Below, in pieces: positions 25,697 to 38,010 of a stretch of DNA of 64,000 nt. Both the position numbers and the translations under genes were made by a program. The stretch comes from Ginglymostoma cirratum (lineage: Eukaryota). Location: positions 814,163-878,162 of the forward strand of contig JAHRHZ010000163.1 in assembly GCA_024137785.1 (NCBI GenBank). Reading direction: 5' to 3'. The notes under the pieces are model-generated. The model did no database searches and was not told where the DNA came from. It was given only the letters and a program-made list of their open reading frames with translations. Positions within the stretch are counted from its first letter, which is position 1; each line of letters starts with the position of its first letter.

Positions 25697-26010
25697 GAGC
25701 AGCATGGTGGCACAGTGGTTAACATTTCTGCCTCACAGAACCAGGAACACGTGTTCAATTTCAAATTCGGACGACTGTCTGTGTAGAGTTTGCACATTTT
25801 TGCCGTGTCTGTGTGGGTTTCCTCTGGGTGTTCCGGTAAAGTCCAAAGATGTGCAGGCTAGGTGGATTGGCCATGCTAAATTGCCCACAGTGTTCAGGGA
25901 TTTGTACATTAGGTGGGTTATAGGGGGATGGGTTTGGGTGGGTGCTCTGAGGATCGGTGTGGGCATGTTGGGCCAAAGGGCCTGTTTCCACACTGTACGG
26001 AATCTAAATT
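25697..26010 (+). mobile_element. HE1-like (V-SINE) tRNA-derived SINE
   Basis: tRNA head (tggtggcacagtggttaaca..gtgttcaatt), V-domain-like gagtttgcacatttttgccgtgtctgtgtgggtttcctc, and a CR1-type tail. Confidence 0.85.
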
Positions 26011-26162
26011 CCCACAATACGAAATGGACCTCATTGAGCACCTCAAGCCTACTTCTAAAGGGAATACGAGGAAACCTTTCAGACAATCAAAACAATTGGG
26101 CAAGAAGAAAGATAGCCCGTTCGTTCCCTTAAGCCTATTACACAAGAAGAGAAGGAGTCTAG

Positions 26163-27021
26163 TGTTGTGGACCAGACCAGAAACACTAAAAAATATTTTC
26201 AGAAGGTAGTCTAGACCCTAACGATTGCTTATTTTAAAGGTAAATGTAAAGGACCATGTTCCAGATGCAATGCGACTGGTCAAACTACTCAACATTGAGC
26301 AAAACAGAATTTATTTAAAATACAATCAAAAAAAAGAAATTTTGAATAATAACTCTATTGGAAAAATTAACAGAATATTAGCTACAGTAACTATCACTAA
26401 TTAAATGTTCCAACATGGTAACATCCATAATTATACACCTTGGAAAAAGGGGAAAAGAGACACAGATTCTCACATGCGGTTCTCCAATCCAGGAGGAAAA
26501 AAGAAACTACCAAAAGAAATTCAGAGGGAGTAGCAGCCAGGAGATATTAACTGAAGCTTTCAACTCGGTTGAGACCCCAATAGCTTCTGTTCCCACTGAA
26601 AAAACAAAACCCAGAAATCCTAAACTGTGAAAGCTGAGCACACCCATTCAGGCTGCATTTTTTAAAAAAAACAAGGCCTCCCAATCTCTTTATTCAAGTG
26701 GTTATCACTATCCAGCTTGAACCATCTAATTCAATTTCTTAAAAGAAACCAGGAAAAAACAACTTCTTAAAGCTACGAGATAACAAGGTGTAGAGCTGGA
26801 TGAACATAGCAGGCCAAGCAGCATCAGAGGAGCAGGAAAGCTGACGTTTCGGGTCTGAACCCTTTATCAGAAATCTGACTTTTCAAACCCAAAGCATCAG
26901 CTTTCCTGATCCTCTGAAGCTGCCTTGCCTGCTGTGTTCATCCACTCTACACCTTGTTATCTCAGCTTCTCCAGCATCGGCAGTTCCTCCTATCTCTTCT
27001 TAAAGCTACAACATTTTCACA
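26163..27021. mobile_element. Solo LTR (TG...CA) with 4-bp TSD, interrupted by a fold-back element
   Basis: CTAG|TGTTGTGG...TTTCACA|CTAG. Confidence 0.65.
26777..26995. mobile_element. Fold-back PLE-tail element with 14-bp TSD
   Basis: Inverted arms. CTTCTTAAAGCTAC at 26763-26776 and 26996-27009. The left arm (reverse complement) reads CTGATAAAGGGTTCAGACCCGAAACGTC. Confidence 0.85.
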
Positions 27022-27914
27022 CTAGTTAGCACATCAAGGTGTTAAAGAGGAACAGTGGTAGCCCAATCAGGCCCTTGGTCCTGTCCAAACAAACAAGGAT
27101 GAAGCTGTACAGCCCATTGCTTCATTTACACAGGAACAGCCGGTGGCCATTTAGGCCCTCCCGTCATTTGTACAGGGACAGAATAAGGTAGTTGATGTTA
27201 AAAAAATGACAAACAAATGGCGCAACGGCTGGTCTACGTTGTTGCTCGTGCTTCCATTGCTTGTGGGGCACAGGTGGTATTTTAAAATGGTTTTGTAACA
27301 ATGAGGATGGAAGCCTGATGTCTTGTGTGAAGTTTCGAGGAGGCATATTCCACTTCCGAGAAGAGAGTCTGGCGTTGTCTTTGGAGGTCAGAAGATGATG
27401 GGAATGGCTAACTATTTCAAAACGAAGGCATTGTGGCTGATGACAAGATTGTGAACAACAGGACGTTGAGCGCAGTGTCATACAGTAATGTGGAGAGAGT
27501 TCGTTCAGAGCCTATACCTCTCTCTCAATCAACATTGGTCTCCGCAGAGAGACAGAAACTAATTTAATGCCATATCCTGGGTAAAGTATGGAATTTCTCA
27601 CCCTATCAACGTCTTTTTTGGACATGAGTGATTGCTACCAACCCTCAACAGATTAAACACTCAGTTTCTTCGCTCTCTCCTCATGGTACCATCATCTCGA
27701 GTATTAGACTGGTGATACATGTTTGCACTGTGTGGCAAGGAGATCCTTCCTTTCACAAGAGATCAAATCTGCACACAATGCCCCAAATACTCTCCCATAG
27801 AAGCTCTACAATTGCAGGAGGATGGTTTTACTTCTATACTTGAATCATATCACAATGAAGAACAACATGCCATTTACACCCTCATTACTGACACTGCTGT
27901 ATGTATTACTCCGT

Positions 27915-28520
27915 AATTGCCTGGATGATTACAGCCCCAAAACACTCAAGAAGTTTGACACCATCCAGGATAATGCAGTCCACTTGATTGGCACTCCATC
28001 CATCAGCGTCCACTACCTGCTCCCCCAACAATCAGTCTCAGCAGTGTGTTCTATCTACAAGATGCAGTGCAGAAATTCACCAAAGATCTTCAGACAGCAC
28101 TTTCCAAACCTACTCAGAGATGGTAATAACTGCCCATGCTGCAGCTACGGCCTGACCTGAAACGCCAACATTCCTGCTCCTCCGATGCTGCCTGGCCTGC
28201 TGCGTTTCTCCAGCTCCACCTTCCAAAACCAGGACATCTTTTATCTAGCAGGACAAGGGTAGCAGACATATGGGAATACCACCACATCAAAGTTCCCCTC
28301 CAAGCCACTCACCATTCTGACTTGGAAATATATTTCCGTTCCTTCACTGTCGCTGGGTCAACATCCTGGAATTCCCTCCCTGAGGGCATTGTGGGTCAAC
28401 CCACAGCAGGAGGATTGCAGAGGCTCAAGAAGGCAACTCACCATCGCCATCTCAAGACCAACTAGGGACGGGCAATAAATGCTGACCAGCCAGCGATGCC
28501 CACATCCCACAAAGGAAAAA
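27915..28520 (+). mobile_element. LINE 3' end (L2/CR1 group) with a nested PLE-tail insertion at ~28115-28217
   Basis: TLKKFDTIQDNAVHLIG..VCSIYKMQCRNSPKIFRQH, ..SWNSLP, and tail ggcaataaatgctg. Confidence 0.75.
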
Positions 28521-28539
28521 ATTATATATATTTTTGGTG

Positions 28540-30130
28540 ACTCATGATCAAGGGCATGCTGATACTTTGGGACAAGAACCCTTCCCAACCGCGCACCATT
28601 AAATCAAAATCAAATGAAATATATATTATTGTTGGCCACATCCAAATCATTTGTATGCCTTGCAAATTTCTGTGATCCAAACACTAATCCATGTGTTACC
28701 ACATGCGTCATGGCCTTCGGTTCAGAAAAAGACACTACTCTCTGTACTGTCTCAACTGAACAGTTCTCAATCCATGTAGCATATCCCCCCTTACCTCTGA
28801 ACCCCAACTCTCTTCAATCATCTGTGTGCAACCATGTCAAAAGTATTCTATAAATTCAAATGTACCAGTCCCATTGGTTCCCATTTGTGGATGCCTCAAC
28901 TATTTCATACATATTGCACAGTCATACGTACCCTGTACAAAGGACCACAACACAGGAAATGCCAAAACAAACAGGGAAGTATATCTACTTCTGGCGACAA
29001 TCTAGTTTTCTTTATTTTTACATCTCCTCATCCATATTCTCTCACTGTTTCTCTCACTGTCTCCTCAAGTTCTTTAAAGATGGCAGCACGTGGCTTGGTG
29101 GTTAGAACACCAAGGATCCTGGAGGTGTATTACATGTAAGATGCAATGAAGATATATGCAACGCGTAAATGGATATGGATAGGTGCTGTGCATGGGCCAA
29201 CATTTGGCCCACAACTGGGGTGCTGTATACAGTTTTGGTGTCCTGACTCAAGGAGGGATGAAGTTGCATTGGAGGCAGTGCAGAAGAGGTTCACTAAATT
29301 GCTTACAGATATGAGGAGTGTGTCTTAAAGGGAGAGATTGAGCAGTTCAGGCCGATATCTCTGGAGTTTAGAAGAATGAGAGAAGATCTTATTGAGCTTT
29401 GTAAGAAGCTGAATGCAATTGATAATGTAGATGTGGAGTGGATAATTCCGCATGTGGGCCAATTAGAACAAGAGACCATCGTTTTCACATAAGACTGAGC
29501 AGATTTAAGACAGAGGTGAGGAAAATTCACTTCTCTCAAAGAGTTGTGAATCTGTGTAATGTACTACCCAGAATGCAGTAAATTAAAGGTTATGGAGAGC
29601 AGACGGGAAAGAGGAAATGAGGCCGAGATGATATCAGTCATGATGGTATTAAATGGTGGGACGGGCTGGTGGGGCTGAATAGCTGACTGATGCTCTTTGT
29701 TCTTATTCAGCCCTTCAAGTGTGCTACACAGGAATGGGGAAGGGACTGGTTATCAAACTGAAAGCAGACACTCAGGATAAGCCAGTCTGGATCAGTTTGA
29801 CAGAACGTAAGCAGTGGAGTCACACAGTGGCCAATGCTGGGTCCATAAGTATTTACAAACTGTATGAATGATTTGGAACAGTGGAACAAATATACCGTAA
29901 CTGCGTTTGGCAAGGGCACTAAGATAAGCATGAACTTAAATTCTCAAGAAAAGGTAGGAAGTCTGTAAATTGATATAGACAGGTAAAGTCAATGCATAAT
30001 AGTTTGGCAGGTGAGATGTAACATGATACGTTAACTGTCACTTCGTTCCTTTCCCCACAAAAATTGGAAGCAGTATTTTACTGACATGGAAGGAGATTTC
30101 AGATGTATTCACAGTACAGTGTGAACTGGA
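28540..30130. mobile_element. Several old CR1 fragments
   Basis: CCIQFWCP..ALEAVQKRFTK (29170-29700, +) and RT remnants at 28600-28900 (-) and 29710-30130 (+). Confidence 0.7.
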
Positions 30131-30472
30131 GGAGTCAGAGGAACGAAATGGAGTCTGTAACCAGGACAGAATCCAGTGACCTCCATTCTCCCAACATTTA
30201 AATAACAAGGACAGTGATAAATTGAATCATGGTTCACAGCTGAAACAGAACATCAAGCATCAAGACCCATGAAAGATACTGCCAGAAGCAAAGAGGGATA
30301 GAGTGAATGACCAAGTTCACAGATGCAGTTGGAGTGGTTAGTTGAGTGAAAATCTGGATTCAGAGTTTGAGCAGGAACAATAACAGTAGCCATGAGTCCA
30401 TAGTAAATGAAAAGAACAGTGGTAAAGTCGTCCTTGGTTTATGGAGAATACTAACTGGACAGTGAGACTTAC

Positions 30473-30695
30473 CAGGCACACCAACGATAGCCAGGATAGG
30501 ATAATAAAAATATTGAGTAATCAAAAGGGCGTAGAAAATCCGCAATGTCAATAAGATCCCATCATAAAATGTAGAAAGATACCAAACTTTCCAGGATAAA
30601 CTCCTGTCCATTACTGTAACATTCCAGCCTATTGTTCTCAGATTCTTATCCAAGGCTGTAACATCCCAGTCTATTGTTCTTAGATTCTGATCCAT
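30473..30695 (-). CDS. Exon 1 of the GPR139-like GPCR (N-terminus + start of TM1)
   Basis: MDQNLRT...QYFYYPILAIVGVP followed by donor CCTG|GTAAGT. The phase-1 join to 19345 gives ..GVPVNVVTI (TM1 Asn). Confidence 0.85.
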
Positions 30696-30733
30696 TGTTG
30701 TAACATTCCAGTCTATTGTTCTCAGATTCTGAT
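30607..30733 (-). repeat. 3 x 42-bp tandem repeat at the GPCR N-terminus
   Basis: Unit GATCAGAATCTGAGAACAATAGACTGGAATGTTACAACAATG. Confidence 0.9.
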
Positions 30734-31174
30734 CTCTCGTCTCCCTCTATTAGTAGCTGCTGATCCCTGTTAGTGCTGTGGGTGATGCTCCTGCTCATAG
30801 TACAGGAAAAGACATTGAACAGAGCCCATTTATCATTAAAAGATGGAAATTCTCCCCTGGGATATTTAGAATCCGTGGGGACTGGCATTAATCAAAGTCA
30901 TTGAACAAATAGGTTCATTTAACTCCCCCCCCCCCCAACCCCCGACATCACTTTTCATATCACAATAAAAAGGACCTTTTACTTGGTCTGGATGGAATGG
31001 ATGAGTGTTGCCGAGGGACGAAACACAAATCTTTCAATCTTTTTAATCTTTGTTCCGTATAATTGGAGGTAGTGTCAGAACACTGAGGGGTTGCATGTGT
31101 CCCATCCTGTTCATAAAAGGAGACAGGGAGAAAATAATGCACCAACTAGTGGCTATAACCCAAGGTAACAATAC

Positions 31175-31995
31175 CTCCCCACAGCCCTACAGCACCTTCC
31201 CCTGTAACTGGCAAAGGTGCAACACCTGCCCATTTACCTCCTCCCTCCTCAGTATCCAAGGGCTCAAACATACCTTCCAGGTATGCGACACTTCACCTGT
31301 ACTTCCAGAATCTGGTCTACTGCATTTGCTGCTCACAATGTGGTCTCCTCTACATTGGGGAAATGAAGCGTAGACTTGGCGACCGCTTCGCAGAACACTT
31401 ACATTCTGCTCGCAAAAAAGACCCTGAACTATCTGTTGCCTGCCACTTTAACGCACCATCTTGTTCCCTGGCCAACATCTCTGTCTCTGGCTTGCTGCAG
31501 TGTTCCAGCGAAGCCCAATGCAAGCTAGAGGAACAGCACTGCATTTTCGGGTTGGGGACCTTACCGCCCTCCGGACTCAATATTTAGTTCAGTAATTTTA
31601 GGGCCTAAACTCTCCCATGTCCCAGGCCCCTACCCCCACACGCCAGGTCTTGTTACCACACAGCCTGCCATTACACACCCACTGCTGTTAGTCACTAACA
31701 GTCTCCATTAACAACTATTCACCCTCCCAGCCTGATCGCCCACATCTCCTTTCTCTGTCCAACTGTCTCTCTCTCTCTTTGGGCTCCATCCTATTGTTTA
31801 CTCCCTACCCCACCCACATCCCTATTTTCTGCAGAAAGCTGATGTTTTCCCAGCCACCATCAGTTCTGAGGATGGGTCACCGGACCTGAAACGTTAACTC
31901 TGGTTTTCACAGACGCTGCCAGACTTGTTGAGCTTTTCCAGCAACTTTGTTTTTGTTACTGATTCAAAGCATCCGCAGATCTTTCGGTTTTTATT
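31175..31995 (+). mobile_element. Penelope-like element 3' fragment (linker + GIY-YIG + 3' tail)
   Basis: FPCNWQRCNTCPF and KRRLGDRFAEHLHSARK. Close relative of 14490-15280. Confidence 0.92.
31862..31899 (+). ncRNA. Minimal type I hammerhead ribozyme motif, core intact
   Basis: AGTT-CTGAGGA-T-GGGTC-ACCG-GACCT-GAAAC-GT-T-AACT, giving helix I AGUU/AACU, a 5-bp helix II, palindromic ACGU helix III and a GUU cleavage triplet. Confidence 0.75.
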
Positions 31996-32759
31996 TAAAC
32001 GCAGTAATGAGTCACTCTTCCTCAGTCCCACAGGGAGAGAGACCTGGAAAGGTGAGTGGGTAGTGCACTGCTGCAGTCATCGCCGGGTGGTTAAGGAGAT
32101 GGAGTTTGAAACCCATTGGGGTGTCCCTGGGCAATTTTGAACCCTGCCGATGACGGTTGAGAGCTGAGGGCAAACCAAAAGGGAGTTTGCTTCCCGCCTC
32201 CTTGTTTACGACAGGAATCACAGAAAAGGTGGGGGGAAAAGCATTTCACCCGGATCGCCAATGGTGAGAATATGCATCTCACTGCCTATCAGAGTGGAAC
32301 AACACTGGAATTGAGACATCTTTAGACGTACACTTGAAGCTGTGAAAGAAGTGCTGGGAAATGAGACTGGAATATTCAGGTCTTTTGAGTTCAACTGCTG
32401 CAGACCTAAAGGGTCTTTCTTCAGTGCTGGAGATCTCTGTTTGTGAAGAAACAGGACAATGTCTGCAAAATACACTCCGATCATGCAGGCACATGGTAAC
32501 TGTCACTGTGCATATTCCTGCAAGCAGTATCTGGGAGAATCAGGAAAATGCGACACTGATGTCTCTTTCCCCAGCCGTGCACAAACTCATTGTTTCTCAA
32601 TGCCTTGTTTTACAATCCCTGGCCCTGCTTTCCAGGTAAAGGTTGGCTTCGTGATATGCCTGCATTCGTACCAAGCAGCTCATTGAGCTGGAAGCTAGAC
32701 GTGAGACAGGGACAGAAGCAGAAAGAGATGCAACATGACAGTATTTAGAGTTTGCCTTA

Positions 32760-33718
32760 TGTTATGAATTTGGATAGAATAATTAGGATGTGGAAGGCAG
32801 GAAGCTAAAATGTGTGGTTCCTTCGAGATTTATGCTTTGTCTGTACTTAGAAATTTTAAAAAAAACTGTCTGTGAGCAGCAGTTGAAGTTGCCAGCACAG
32901 GGAGCCTCAAAAAGTGAAACAATTGGATCAAAGCCTTACAGGTGGCAGGCAAAACATCCGTCTTGTTCGAATTTGGCCAGTTAATGTAAACGAAGCCGCT
33001 AGATACAGGAAGACAATTGAATTTAAATCTGATGGTGTTTACAACCTGAAACCAATCACGTGATAAGAATTTGATGATGTCATAATGAGTATATAAGACG
33101 AGGGCATTCGGAACATCGGAGAGAGCCGATTGTCATCTGCCAGAGTTGGCACCATTCAGCTCTCAGAGAAAGCACATCGAATTCATCAAAAGTACAACAG
33201 CATTTTAGCTCAAAGTCCTTACTGAAGAAATTATAGAGATAAAACTTTCCTAACAGCAGAATTAGGAGAAAAGGCGTTTGTGAAGAGAGCCGAGATGACA
33301 CAATATTCCAGAAGACAGTCTGTGCGAACTTGGAGCGATTAAGTTATAATTTATTTATTGCTTCTTATTAATTGAGTTTATATTAGTGGGACTTGCTTTT
33401 ATTTAAACAGTAATCTCTAGCATTTGGACCATTTCAGGAGTAGTTAGCAGTTTAAGGGGGAATTGTCGGCTTAGTAATTTTGTTAATTTGTTCATTGTTG
33501 AATGAAATAAACAAATTGTTTCTTGTTACCTATAAAATGGAGATCAAGGATTTCCTTTCTATTACATGCTGTTTTAATAGATTACGAGGGGGAAGGCGAG
33601 CTTCTATGGGTGTTTAGATGGTAATTATTAGAGGGGAAAGCCTACTCCTGTCATAAGAGATTGGGGCTTGTGATTTGGTTTAATTATCAGAGGGGTCTGG
33701 CCATTCCCTGTCGTAACA
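32760..33718 (+). mobile_element. LTR-like element
   Basis: Termini TGTTATGA...TCGTAACA, internal AATAAA at ~33506, and a duplicated 3' end with PBS-like TTGGGGCTTGT at 33661. Confidence 0.55.
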
Positions 33719-34559
33719 TTTTATGTCAGTTGTCTTTAATGAGGGATGTCTGCTGGGTGCTGTCCTGTCAAATTCCTAGGAGTTGCATGCAGTGATTGGG
33801 TCATTGATTTTTGAAATTGAAAGTTGAACGTGAGCAACTTGTGGGACTATTTCAGTTCAACTGTCCATTTCATATCCCAGCTCACGGTAATGGTTCTCGC
33901 TGTCTAGAGAAGTCACTTGTGTTTCACCTAAAGCTGCCTTTTGTCAGATAAACTTGTGTGTGGGGATGGAGAACTGATGTGAGGCACATGGAGCGTGTAT
34001 AATCCCGAGGTCTCTGTCACTCTCAGGGATGTGTCTGTGTTATCTCCCCTTGTGGGTGGAAATCAGGATGAGCTCCTCGAGGGGGCCTTAACACAATTTT
34101 ACCATCCCAAACTTCAGTCCCATTTGTGGTCATTTGAGATTACAGGGATAAGCTCATTGCCATTTGCTCTCAAAATGTCAACACGCAAGGCTGTGGGCCA
34201 AATGCTAAAAACTGGGACTGGAATAGATGGAGATTTGATAATCTGCGCTGACACAATGGGCAGAATGGTCGTCTTACATGCTGTAAAAACTTGAGGATGG
34301 AGGAACTGATCTGCAGTGAAAATGGTCACAAATGAAAGTGCAAAAGCAGTGTCATTGCGAAAATGTACCACACCTTCTGCCCCTTTCACTGGTTGTCTAG
34401 TGGCTAGGATTTGGCCCTCTCCCCTCCCCAGCCCAGAGTTGATTCCTAGTCAGGGAATAGACACCCTGCTGTGTTATTTTATCATTGTGACAGCACTGCT
34501 AACTGATACTTCAGGAGACGGAAGGTGAACTGTTTAGTCCCGGACATTACTCAGATTAA

Positions 34560-34690
34560 AATAAAACCAAGAACTGTGGGAAATATGACACACAAAAAAA
34601 GGAATTGATATGGAAGCTCAGCAGGTCTGGCAGCATCTGTATAGAGAAACAGACTTAAAGTATCAGGTCCTGCGACCATTTGTCAGAACC
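34560..34690 (-). mobile_element. PLE 3'-tail fragment
   Basis: gctcagcaggtctggcagcatctgt..caggtcc..gaccatttgtcagaac. Confidence 0.6.
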
Positions 34691-35716
34691 AGGTTAGTTA
34701 TGCATTTCTGATTATAATGCCGGGTGAAATTATCAGCTTTATCTGTTAGATCAGCATATTAATCAAAATTGCTCTCTCTCATTAGCTTACAACCGTCTAC
34801 ATTACAACTTCAAAGGGATTTCATCGGCTCTGATGCTGCTTCCATTCCCCTCGGTAGTGAAAGGCTCTGCTTAAATGTTTCCTTTTTCTTTTCCTTTGCG
34901 TCAATTAGCAGCCTTATAGAATGGAGAATTGGTTCTTTCAGCGTCTACCTCAATTTGTGTCACAGTTTGTCTCTCTGTGTATCCACCTCATCCCTTTTCA
35001 CACTTTCCAACTCTCCTTCTGTCAATGTCCCTCATTTCCCATTCCTGCTCTGTAAAGTCAGAAATTTGAAGGTAATTTGAGAGTGGAACTGCTGGGAGAC
35101 TTTTTCCTCCTGGCTGGCGTGTCTAGAACTGGGGTCACATTCCCTCGATAATGTGTCTGGTCACGTAGGATGAAGATAACATGACATTTCTTTTCTCAAA
35201 AGATTGTGAATCTTTAGAATTCTAAATAAAATTCCGAATCAACCAAAAAAAATGTCCACCACAAAGATAGGACTAAAGTGATGTCTTTTCTGTTGGTGTA
35301 AAATGAATGAATGGCGACAGCAGAGAATGAGGATGATCAGCTCGTACTGTCTGTGCCATGACCATAACATTTTCCGCTAAATTTGCAGTTTATCCTGCCT
35401 CAACTCGTTATTCCTGCCAAATTAGGAATGAAGGCATGAGAATAGAAGAAAAGGAGAAGCAGACATGGTTGTGGAACAGCCAAAAGGAACTTCATGATGG
35501 ATCCAGCAGAAAAAGAGGAAATACTGAAGTAGCCTCCTGACAACAAATGTGTTTTCTTTGCCGGTAAAATTCACTGCTTCACTAAGCGGGAACATTGAAC
35601 TGAAGCAGTGACAGTAATTATCTTAGTTGGTTGTTCATCTTGTGCCCACCAAACTATTGCTGTTCATGTCCCTGCCAACACCACAACCCTGCCACATGTA
35701 AGCATTGTGCTTACAT

Positions 35717-35790
35717 GGGTCCAGAGGCACAATGGATAACGTGCCTGATAATGAATCCAGTGATTGTACGTTCAACTCGTCCCTGACTCA
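35717..35790 (+). tRNA. tRNA-Arg(ACG)-derived pseudogene
   Basis: GGGTCCAGAGGCACAATGGATAACGTGCCTGA..GATTGTACGTTCAACTC..TGACTCA. Confidence 0.7.
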
Positions 35791-36263
35791 AGTGTAATTC
35801 ACAAATTCTTTACACTTCCACATTTATCTTCCTCATTGCCCTGAAACTGAGATGAGGTTTGAATTCCTGACCTGCAGGAACAAGAATCCTTTTAGTGTCT
35901 CACATCAGTAAACGTCACCAAGAATATCAGAGGAGGGAAAGCTGAAGTCGTTCCCCCAAGCTTCAGTTCAATTTCCCACAACCACCGATCCAATCACTGC
36001 ATCTCCCGGGAATGGAAAGGAAACAAAACAAGCAATGAAACCAGTCTCAGCTTTGTGAGTCTTTGGGAACCGGATTCAGAGGAGAATGAAGGTGAACTTT
36101 CCAACTCAGCAGAGAGAGTCGAGGAACCTTCCCCTTTTTTAAAAGGCTGGGACATTGACTCTGCTGTTCTCGGGGACATTAACTGACCTGAAACACTGAA
36201 AGGATTCCCATCAAAGACTGCTCTGTGTTTGACTATGTTTCTGTCAAGAACAATAAATCCTGG

Positions 36264-36334
36264 TTGCCTGTCTGGAAAGTGAACCCGGGCCACATCAGTG
36301 AGAGCGCCAAGTCACAACCACTAGACCACAGGGA
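36264..36334 (-). tRNA. tRNA-Glu(CTC) pseudogene
   Basis: Reverse complement TCCCTGTGGTCTAGTGGTTGTGACTTGGCGCTCTCACTGATGTGGCCCGGGTTCACTTTCCAGACAGGCAA. Confidence 0.85.
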
Positions 36335-37304
36335 TGACAGTGGAAATGCATGCTTATTTTCTTACTGACACAGCTCTTGGCGTTTTTCTCACTGAAGATA
36401 AGCTTCTCCTCCAAAATAATTGATTTACTGAATTTGTACAGAACGGAAAGAGGCCCATCATCCGAGTTTCCAGCACTTAGCCTGTAGCCCTGTGTGCTCT
36501 GACGTTTTAAGCGTTCATCTCAAACATATTTTCCCTGTAATGTTTTAATCTGAAGCGACACAAAGAATGGGGTTCAGGTTTGAAATGGTAAAATTGTGTT
36601 CACGCCACCTCAAAGAACTGCACCTGATTTTCACCCTCACACGGAAACACACAGACACATTGCCCCAATGTGACAGTGGCCTCAGGAGAGAGCAACCTGC
36701 AGAAGCAAGGATTTTACCCATCTGGCTTATATTGTCCCATTTCAGACTTCAAAACGAGAGTCTGATTACAGCAAAGGAAGGAAGCATTTAGCCCCTCCCA
36801 TGTCAGTGTTACTCCCCCATTGTTTTCCCGTTACTCTGCAGTTTATCCTGCCTCACCTCATTCTTCCTACCAAACTGTAACATTGCTCACGTCAGCTGCT
36901 TCCTGTCCTTCCGAAAGATCTTCCTCAAGTACCTCGAAGGACAAACAGGCATGTAGTATTTCAAACACATTTCTGGCTGGTTGAGGAAATGACATGGTGG
37001 CGTTAATCCTGTTTCATCACAAATAATTTAAAATGACTTTAAAGAGCTCCTTTGTTTGGTTCCTGCAAGTGGTGAAAATTCTCTCAGACTCCAGAAAGAA
37101 TCAAACTCAAGGCCACTAGGTGAATCAGCAAACTACAAAGTAATGCATTAGAAACTGCAATGTAACAGATGACCGGATAGCCTGCACGTCATGCACCAAG
37201 ACAATGTAACAAATCCGATACAGAGCTGAGGGGATTGTGTGCAGAAGAATGAGAGAATGCAATGCAAAATCAGATAGTATCCAGGGTTCTATGAACAGAG
37301 ATCT

Positions 37305-37353
37305 GCCCTGGTAGTCTAGTTTTAAGGATTCAGTGCCTTCACCTCCATTTCCT
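37305..37353 (+). pseudogene. 5' fragment of tRNA-Glu
   Basis: CCCTGGTAGTCTAGTTTTAAGGATTCAGTGCCTTCACC. Paralog at 52004. Confidence 0.6.
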
Positions 37354-37784
37354 GTTAATGGTTAGCATTTACAGCAATAAATATAAAATACTGACAAATC
37401 TCTAGATGCAGAATTATATCATGGACCAGTCAGAATCATTTCACTGCATGTTACAGATCCACATCAGCAACATCAGCTGCAATTGCCTGATGTGCAATCG
37501 GTTTAAAGCAAGGAGAGAGGTGACATTAGGAAAAGTGAAGGGAAATAGCGGCTCATGAAAGCTAATGGTCGGCCTACGGAGCCAGGCCCAATGTGAGTGC
37601 TGAAGACTTGCTTTCACTGTTTACCCTGGTACACAGATTACTCAGATCAATCACCCGCAATGACTATCCTTTGTGTATTGCCCATTGCACGCCCCATCTC
37701 AGTTTAGTGCCCAGAGGGGACCCACACATTTTAACTTGACAAATTTTGCTCAGGTCAGTTTTACAGTCTCATATTAAGATTATA

Positions 37785-38010
37785 AACTTTAGGAGCAGAA
37801 AAAGACCATTCAGCCCATTCAGTCTGCTCCACCATTTAATGTGCTTGTGCCTGATATCATAATCCTGAACTGCAATTTCTTGCCTTTCCCCATAACCCTT
37901 GATACCTTTACTGATTAAAAATCTGTCAATCTCACCGTTGAATATAATTAATGACCCAGTCCTGACAACCCTCTGCTGTAAGGAATTCTGCCAAATCACA
38001 ACTATCTGAG
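37785..38010 (-). mobile_element. CR1 3' end
   Basis: WQNSLQQRVV..IDRFLISKGIKGYGE. Confidence 0.8.
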
